Shown piece after piece: positions 57,095 to 64,000 of a stretch of DNA of 64,000 nucleotides. The stretch is taken from NCBI GenBank assembly GCA_918797485.1, contig CAKKNE010000006.1:2666001-2730000 (forward strand), in the 5' to 3' direction. Numbering within the stretch: the stretch's first letter is position 1; every line of letters starts with the position of its first letter. Below the pieces are notes generated by a model that did not search any database, was not told where the DNA came from, and saw nothing but the letters and a program-made list of their open reading frames with translations. Both the position numbers and the translations under genes were made by a program. Origin of the DNA: Pelagomonas calceolata. Lineage: Eukaryota.

Positions 57095-57466
57095 TTATTA
57101 TGGCTCTCAGCGCTCGCGCAGACGCGGCAGTGAGGAGCACCCAGCGTGCAGCGGTGTCTCCCAGCCTTCTGAAGCCCCAACAGCGAGTGGTACCGCAGCA
57201 GGCGGGCAGCAGCTATCCAGTGGGTAGTCTCGCGTGTGCGCCAAGACGCCGTGCTGCAGCTTACGGCGTTTTTTTGGCTTCGCTTGGCCTAAAACTAGTA
57301 TGTCAATCACACGCTAGCTAACTCGATCGCGGCCACGCGAAATCGAGACGCGGAGCGCCCCAGGGAAGCTCTGCACGTGGTTGGCGCATCTCTTCTAGCA
57401 GCACGCCGTCGCCGTGCAGCGCTCTCACCTCGCAAGCACCCAGCCGCTGGACCCCACTCATCAAGC

Positions 57467-58030
57467 ATGGCCGAGGTCCCGCCGCCGAAGCGCGACGCCG
57501 CCGCCGCTGCGAGCGAAGAGCCCGAGACGAATAAAAAGCAGAAGACCGAGGGCGGCACCGGCCTCAAGCGCGCCGACGGCACGCCGTGGGAGCCTATTAC
57601 CGGCACCTTGGTCCCGATCGTGGGCGGCAAGGAGGGCCTCAAGCAGGAGTGGACGATGATCGAGCTCCAGGGCGACCTCGTCAAGAAGACGGAGACCTGG
57701 GACAACCAAAAGCTCGGGGATTTGGAGGTGCGCGACGGCACGCCCTTCCTGACGATCGGGATTCATGAATTGGAGGGCGAGTTCGTGACCCTCAAAAAGC
57801 CCTTCGTGGTCTTGGACCCGCAGCAGGAGGAGGACGAGACGGTGACGACGTGTCGAGGCGTCGAGTGCCGGTCGAAGTTCACGGTGGCCGGCGTCATCCG
57901 GCGGAAGGTGCTTTTTAAATTGAGACCGCGCGTGCTCGTCGCGCGGGCCGCGGGGCCCGCGGAGGTCGTGCCGGCGGACGCGGCGACGGCGACGGCGTCG
58001 GAGCTGACGCCGAAGGACGTCGTGTCGTAA
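57467..58030 (+). CDS. CTF8: Chromosome transmission fidelity protein 8
   Basis: EWTMIELQG, LGDL, IGIHELEG, LKKPF and IRRKVLFK.RP. Confidence 0.82.
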   Translation: MAEVPPPKRDAAAAASEEPETNKKQKTEGGTGLKRADGTPWEPITGTLVPIVGGKEGLKQEWTMIELQGDLVKKTETWDNQKLGDLEVRDGTPFLTIGIHELEGEFVTLKKPFVVLDPQQEEDETVTTCRGVECRSKFTVAGVIRRKVLFKLRPRVLVARAAGPAEVVPADAATATASELTPKDVVS

Positions 58031-58317
58031 GTTTTTACGGTGAATATCCCCCCGGGGGGGCGTCGGCTCCGCGGCTTGGTGCTCCAAGTCGTGGCGCCCG
58101 GACGCGTCCGCTACCGGCTACCCCGCCACCGACGCGCTTCCAATGCATCTTCCAATGCGCGTCCGGACGTGCGTCCGGCCTGCTCCCCTCCTCGCCGTCG
58201 CCGCTTCCGGGCGAACAACCGGGCAGGCATGTGTAGCTCTAAACAAAGCAAGGACAGGCAATAGAGACTTAGGAGGGGTCGGGAGACACATACAAAAACA
58301 AGGGGCCTTGGACAACT

Positions 58318-58977
58318 TCAGACGTGGAAGAAGTGCGCCCAGAAGGGCTCGAAGAAGCCCGACGAGTGCACGGCGACCGGCGTGCCGAGGAGGTACTCCT
58401 CCGCCGCGTAGCCGACGACGGCGAGCATGGCGATGCGGCCGTGTTTGACTTCCGCCTCGTCCATGCGCTTGCGGCGGGCCCGCTCGACGGGGTACATGCC
58501 GAGCGGGTCGAACTGGAGGTTGCCCGGCTCCAAGGGCTCGGCGCGGTCCTCGAGGCGCAGCTTGAGGCCGTAGAGTTCGATCGCCGCTCCAAACCCGAGC
58601 GCGGCGCCCCAGAAGGCCGGGCTGATGCGGTCGAGGCCGCCGTTCAGTACCGATGGGGCTTCGAGCTTCGACGTGAGCGCCGAATCTATGCCGAACGTGT
58701 CCGCGAGCGCCTTGTCCCAGAGCTCCGAGGCGGGCCACCCGATCGCCGCGAGCATCGCGAGGCGGCCGTGCTTGAGCTCGGCCTCACGGTAGTACTTTAA
58801 GAGAGCCGGCGACGCGCTGCCCAGCCTTAATGGATCGAAGTCGGCGTTGCCCGGCAGCTCCTGGAGGTAGGCCGGCGCGCTCAGCCACGGCAGGGCTTGC
58901 GACTTGCGCGGGAGCGTGAGGACGGCGGCCGTTGCTGGTAGGATGCTCGCGACGGCGAGGAGGCGGGCGGCAACCAT
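58318..58977 (-). CDS. Light-harvesting (fucoxanthin-chlorophyll) protein
   Basis: FDPL, REAELKHGRLAMLA and EVKHGRIAMLA; signal peptide. Confidence 0.92.
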   Translation of the reverse strand: MVAARLLAVASILPATAAVLTLPRKSQALPWLSAPAYLQELPGNADFDPLRLGSASPALLKYYREAELKHGRLAMLAAIGWPASELWDKALADTFGIDSALTSKLEAPSVLNGGLDRISPAFWGAALGFGAAIELYGLKLRLEDRAEPLEPGNLQFDPLGMYPVERARRKRMDEAEVKHGRIAMLAVVGYAAEEYLLGTPVAVHSSGFFEPFWAHFFHV

Positions 58978-59416
58978 GCTGCTGGCTGCAAATTTGCTGA
59001 GACAACAACGAGTTGAGCTGCCGGATGTTGCAGCCGTGTCGTGTAGACTTAGTAGGCGTCGTGTCGCGTCGATGGCGTCACGGTTTTGTGCCTCGCGAAC
59101 GCGTTTTATTGCACTGTCGCGCTGACTCACAAACAAACGAAGCGTGACTGCTAAGTGCGGGTGCGGGGCTCGGACGGGTCCCGCCGTTCTGTGACTCGTC
59201 GTTCAAGGCTCTTTGCCGAGCCCGCGCCGCCGTAAAAACCCGTGCCATCGAGAGCAAAAACACGGAGAGCCGTGTTTAGCTTATACGCACAACGTAGCGT
59301 GACAAAGGCATAACAGTAAGCAGCTGAGTAGCAACGAGCAGCAATGCGGCTGAGTAGCACCATTACAAGCTAAGCAGCGGTGCTCACTATGCGTGGGCAC
59401 TGAAGCACTGGAGAGC

Positions 59417-60139
59417 ATGCGCTGGACGCGCAAGCTCGGACCGCTGCGAGTCGTGGTCGAACGGACCACCTGCGTCGTCCGCGCATCGACGACAAAGGAC
59501 GTGCTCGTCAACGCGGCCAACGAATCCCTGGCCGGCGCGCAGCTGCCGTACTTCCCGCGCGGCGGCCCGTGCCCTCCACCGCTCCCGGAAGGGCTCGGTA
59601 ATAATGCGAACTCGTGGGGCGCCCTCGAGACAGGCCCGGGCTTCGTTTTTCGAGAACACGCCGTCGACGGCGTCGTGTCAAGCTTGGGCGGAAAAGCGCT
59701 GCGGGACCTCTGCGCCCGTGCGCGGCCCGACGGTTTCGCCGCGGGCTCGGCCGTCGCCACCGCCGCCCCGGGCCTCCCGTTCGAGACTCTCGTGCACGCG
59801 GTGGCGCCGTTCTGGGAGTCCCCGTCGTGGCGCGCGGACCTGCTCCGCGCCTACGCGGCGGCTTTTGCGCTCTCGGCTGGCCGGGATGTTGCGACGCCGC
59901 TGCTCGGCGCCGGCGCGCGGGGAGCGCCCGTCGCCGACGCGGCCGCCGCCGCCGCGGACGCGGTCGCCGCCGCGGCGTCGGCACCGCGCCCGCCACGGAG
60001 CGTGTCCTTCGGCGTCGTCGACGACGTGGCCTTCGACGCGCTCGTAACTGTGGTTTGTACTATTATAGAACACGAACGGTTTTTACACCGGAAGGGGAAG
60101 GGATGTCGGCCCGCGCTTTTCGCGGCGCTCCTTGACTAA
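59417..60139 (+). CDS. Macro domain (ADP-ribose binding/hydrolase) protein
   Basis: VNAAN, VDG..GG, VHAVAP and PLLGAG. Confidence 0.8.
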   Translation: MRWTRKLGPLRVVVERTTCVVRASTTKDVLVNAANESLAGAQLPYFPRGGPCPPPLPEGLGNNANSWGALETGPGFVFREHAVDGVVSSLGGKALRDLCARARPDGFAAGSAVATAAPGLPFETLVHAVAPFWESPSWRADLLRAYAAAFALSAGRDVATPLLGAGARGAPVADAAAAAADAVAAAASAPRPPRSVSFGVVDDVAFDALVTVVCTIIEHERFLHRKGKGCRPALFAALLD

Positions 60140-60193
60140 CTTGAAGTTGTTGTACTAGATAATTACTGGGCGAGGGCGGGGAACTATACCGTC

Positions 60194-61561
60194 TCACGCA
60201 GCATATCCCGCCGGTTTCCCCTTCTCGGACTTCTCCCCGTGTAACAGCTTCTTCGCGAGCGCGCCCATCGGCTTGATCGTCGTCAATTCGACGCCCTCTA
60301 TTTTGGTGAGGGGGTCGGCGACGATCGTCGGCCGGCCCCGCCACTTCGGCCAGTCCTTGGGCGGCGCCGTGGCGCCTAACACGTGCGAGTCGTATCGGGT
60401 ACCGAGGCGCACGTTGGCCAGATCAGCCGGCGGCGCATTCGACCACTTTACGTTCTGGGCCGTGCGCCGCTCGAGCGTCGCGTCGTCGATGATCGGGAAG
60501 TCTGGTAAAGTTACCGACATCTTCGCCGCAGAGGCGGCGCCTTGCGCCGCGAAGCCTGTGGCCGCATCTCTTATTGTAGTGGCGAGCGCCGCACAGGCCG
60601 CACCATTAGTCCGCGCGGCGTGTTTCGCTAATCTAGTTCGTTCGACCACGGCCGAGGCGACTATCTCCGGCGGCAGCTCTGCTATCTTCGCCTCCAACGA
60701 AGATACCGCACGCAGAACTGTGGCCTCATTTGTGCCACCATTCGCGAGCTCCACTCCAGCTTCTCGCAATGCAATAACAAGATGGTTGACGTTCCCTGAT
60801 ATTTGATCTTTACCCTTCTTCAGACAATCCGACGACGCGCCGGCCATGAGCAAAGCGAGCACCAGCAACGACCGCTGGCCGACGACGCCCTTTTTGTCGG
60901 AGTCCGGCAGCGCGTCGAAGGCCGCATGTTCTAAATGTAAGGTCGTCTCGAGCACGGCGCGCTCCCCGTCGAGCTTCTGCTGAACTACCATCTCTTTTTG
61001 TTTCTTTTCCAGCTTCGTCCGCAACTTCTCTGGTATTTTGCCTATGGCTCCGGATTGTTGTGGTAGGTTCCACTTGGTACAAAAGTCCCTACACTCCGTC
61101 TTCGTGAGGCCGTTCCCTACTAATGCTTCCAGCGCCGGCAGCGCCTCCAACGTGTCCTCGATGTGTTTCTTCTTCGGAGCATTATCCTTGGCTAACGCGG
61201 CCACCGCCTCGGCGACCTTGGCGTCGACGGTGTCGCCGTTCGAGAGCCAGCCCCGGGCGGCCCGGGCCTCGTCCGCATCAACTTGTGCCTCCTCTTCGGC
61301 CTCGTCTTCAGCGCCGACGGGCTTTCCTTCTTCTACTACTAATTCCATGGGCCGCGCGTCGCCGCGCGTCATCTCCACGTCGTTCTTCTCGGGCTTCTCG
61401 CGCGGGGCGACGTCCTTGGGCGGCGGCTCCTGGTCCGCCGCGCCGGACGGCAGCGGCGTGTCGCCGAGCCGCTGTTTTTTCCACGGCTGGGACGCGGCCG
61501 TCTCAGACGCGCGCTTCGCGTTGTTGCTCGTCGGCGAGAGCGGGGGCCTCATCTCGGCCAT
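60194..61561 (-). CDS. Hypothetical protein
   Basis: 455-aa ATG ORF with an NLS-like PWKKQRL motif. Confidence 0.6.
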   Translation of the reverse strand: MAEMRPPLSPTSNNAKRASETAASQPWKKQRLGDTPLPSGAADQEPPPKDVAPREKPEKNDVEMTRGDARPMELVVEEGKPVGAEDEAEEEAQVDADEARAARGWLSNGDTVDAKVAEAVAALAKDNAPKKKHIEDTLEALPALEALVGNGLTKTECRDFCTKWNLPQQSGAIGKIPEKLRTKLEKKQKEMVVQQKLDGERAVLETTLHLEHAAFDALPDSDKKGVVGQRSLLVLALLMAGASSDCLKKGKDQISGNVNHLVIALREAGVELANGGTNEATVLRAVSSLEAKIAELPPEIVASAVVERTRLAKHAARTNGAACAALATTIRDAATGFAAQGAASAAKMSVTLPDFPIIDDATLERRTAQNVKWSNAPPADLANVRLGTRYDSHVLGATAPPKDWPKWRGRPTIVADPLTKIEGVELTTIKPMGALAKKLLHGEKSEKGKPAGYAA

Positions 61562-61873
61562 GGCTTCTCGGCGCGCGCCCGTATCGGCGCGTTTGGCTCA
61601 CAACGGATTTGAGCGCAGCGCGGTTGTTGGGCGGCGCGGCGCGTAATTTAGGGCTGACGAACCCTTGGCTGCTGGTGAGTAGTATATTTCGACAGCGCGC
61701 GGGAGCGCTGCTTGAGCTCTTGCAGCTGCGGAGACGCGCTCTGCCTGTGCGCCCTGCACCAGGACAAGCTCATTGGTGCGCCGTGCGCCCAAAATGCGGT
61801 CCCATGCATCGATGCCGGCGGTCTGCTCAGGCCCAGAGAGGCGTCATAAGAACAGTTTAGGAAATCCCGCGCC

Positions 61874-61907
61874 CTAGCGGCCGGTAAGACACTAGCAAGC
61901 ACAAATC
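61874..61907 (-). promoter_or_regulatory. CTAG-TGTCTTAC-CTAG motif copy, in a divergent intergenic region
   Basis: ctagcggccggtaagacactagcaagcacaaatc, nearly identical to the 24427 copy. Confidence 0.6.
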
Positions 61908-62064
61908 AGCTGCGGCAAAATCGCAAGCAAACGCGGCGCGTGAGGCTTATCACAGCCAGGGACGGCCCACAGCGGTACCCTGAGACAGCTGGCGCTGCGC
62001 GCTGGGCAAGAGCGTAATCGTAAAAGGCCGCGGCAAGCCGCGCGCACGCCTAACGACAGCAGAC

Positions 62065-63419
62065 ATGGCATTTGAACGCGCCGTCGACGCGGCGACGATG
62101 GCCGGCATGGCGCTACCGGAGAAGGAAGAAGACATTATCACGCCGCCGGAGGACACAAGGGCCTGGCAGGGCACCGAACATGGTAATTTCAACGGCATGG
62201 ACGCGGCGCGCGCGGCGAAGGACGAAGACGACAGCGTCGCTATGCGCCGCGTCAAGAAAGCGGCATCGCTGGCGCAGGCGGCCCTACACGCGCTGGTGCT
62301 CTTCGTGCTGCACGCGCCGATCAAGTGTTTAGGAGTGAGCGCCCAGGTCGAGTGGGGCAATGCGAACCGCTCCTTCGCGCTGCTGTCGCAAGGGTCGCTC
62401 CTGCGGAACATGGCGTGCGTCGCTCTGAGTCGAGTAGCATATGTTCCGTGCGAGGCGCTCCATCGGCTGATCTGGTTTCTCTGCGAAGGCATGCAGAGCG
62501 TGAAGGGACTTAGGGGAGCCATGACCAGAGGAGCAGCGGTGCACATGGCGCTGTCCGTGGCGCTGCTCTTCGGCGACGAGATCTTCGAGGGCAATTCCGA
62601 CGCGCTCTTCATCGTTGAGTCTATTAAAAACGTGCTCGGTGTCACGGCCTTGTGTGGCTACGCCGCCAGAAATTGTTCTTATCATTCTGGCGAGGTGGCT
62701 ATCCGAGTCAGAAATTTCAACGTCCCGCGTCGACGCGATCGGTTCGATGGCGTGGTACGTACGAGCAAGATCTCTCGATAACGCAGGCCCTGCAAGCGCT
62801 CGCGGAGTTCTGGAAAAGGATGGACGCGGACTCATCGAAGGAGGCCGTCGTTTCTATCCTTGGATCCTCGTTCACGCTGTTCAAGAACGCCGCCGTCCCG
62901 ATGCTGATGATCTCGCAGTGCGGCTGGTGCCCGGAAACCGGCTGGCCCGTGTTCGCCGCTACGGCCTGCTTCGTCGGGTATACGGAGATCACGATGTCGG
63001 GCATGGCGCGGTACGCCGTGTCGGAGCTCCACCGGTTCCTCGCTTATTGCAAGATTGTTCATTGCGGCCAGTCGGGCCAGAGACCGGAGGGCGTCGGCGT
63101 GATGCAGTTTCTCTTAGATCTCGCCGGTCGCCTGCCAAACTCGTGCGAGGACATGTTATTCGGCATCCACGGTCACTCGAACGTCGTCATGGGCTCGACC
63201 GTTTGTATGGTGCCGCTCCTGGGCGCGTCCGACGAGCGGGAGTTCCTCATGGGCGCGGGCGTCGGCGTCTTCGGGATCCTGCCCCTCCTGGACCGCAAGG
63301 TCTTCCGCGCCATCTTCGACCTCCTCAAGCGCGCCCCGATCGTCACGGGCGACCACGGCATCATAGATGCGCTCTTCGGCCAGGAGCAGAAGTGGGTGCC
63401 CGGGCCCCTCTGGAAGTGA
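62065..63419 (+). CDS. Hypothetical protein. Exons 62065-62694 and 62787-63419.
   Basis: A 92-nt GT-AG intron (62695-62786) with the CGCGTCGACGCG core joins two ORFs in phase. Confidence 0.6.
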
Positions 63420-63576
63420 GGCGTGTCGTTTCCTTCTTTATGCTTGTGTAGTGTGGAGGAGGGGCATAAGCTTGTTAATAACAAATACGTCTCAAGCAGC
63501 CTCTGCCCACTCCCTTGCCCTGGTCAAGTCCCTGGTCATGCAAAGCAGCGCGGCCGCGAAGGAAAAAGACACACTC

Positions 63577-64000
63577 TTACACAGGCCGCTCACCACCACC
63601 ACCGCAGGGCCAGGGCAGCCGCCGCCGCAGCGTCGCCGATAAGGCGCGGTTCGGCGCGCAGTAAAGCTCGTCGAGCGCGGCGCGCGTCGCCGCGAGCATC
63701 GGCGCGTAGCGGCCGCCGCGGCTGGGCATCAAAGCGTACAATCTCTCCACGGCGGCGACGCGCGCCGACCGGCCATAATCAAAAGGCTCCAGTCCCGCAA
63801 AACGCTCGACGCGCGCGACCGCCTCGAGCGTCGCCTCGCGACTGCTCACGAAGTCCTCAAACACTAAAGCCAAAAGTTGAGACCGGGGGAAGCGGTCGAA
63901 CCAGGGCGCGAGCTGGCAGTCGTAGAAGCCCCGCGGTAACACGTTCGAGTCGCCGCTGCCGGAGCCGCGCGCCCACGCACACTTATCTAGATCTTTTTTT
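63577..64000 (-). CDS. Sulfotransferase (heparan-sulfate O-sulfotransferase-like), C-terminal part, 5'-partial
   Basis: RGFY..QL..W...FPRSQL...EDF and L.ELY..PN..L patterns. Confidence 0.7.
   Translation of the reverse strand, partial: KKDLDKCAWARGSGSGDSNVLPRGFYDCQLAPWFDRFPRSQLLALVFEDFVSSREATLEAVARVERFAGLEPFDYGRSARVAAVERLYALMPSRGGRYAPMLAATRAALDELYCAPNRALSATLRRRLPWPCGGGGERPV

Noticed and set aside
1..64000. Autonomous transposase, tRNA or rRNA genes
   Set aside because: No DDE, RT or Helitron motifs and no structured RNA genes were recognised by eye. The introner transposase must be encoded elsewhere.

Overview
Gene-dense, GC-rich eukaryotic nuclear DNA from a photosynthetic stramenopile, most likely a pelagophyte (Pelagomonas/Aureococcus-like). 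This is inferred from bipartite plastid presequences, an LHC gene and introner-type introns. About 35 protein genes are present, including plastid ACCase, a BKACE enzyme, fused TrpE(G), myosin I, TFIIH p62, CCT3, DPH5, CTF8, an AGC kinase, a macro-domain protein and a RelA/SpoT-like NTase-TPR protein. I inferred 18 spliceosomal introns by frame-joining, and most look transposon-derived. Three are clear introner MITEs with CTGTGTGGAAATCAA TIRs and 8-bp TSDs, where the TIR gives the 3' AG and the TSD gives the 5' GT/GC. Most of the rest share a palindromic CGCCATCGACGCG core. Other highlights are (i) a conserved CTAG-TGTCTTAC-N-CTAG motif found about once per promoter-containing intergenic region, (ii) a myristoylated RelA/SpoT-like domain fused to 8 TPR repeats with variable positions, a candidate nucleotide-signalling immune receptor, and (iii) a perfect 224-bp duplication of the DPH5 5' end that could splice as a new intron. 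All calls come from reading the sequence, with no database searches.
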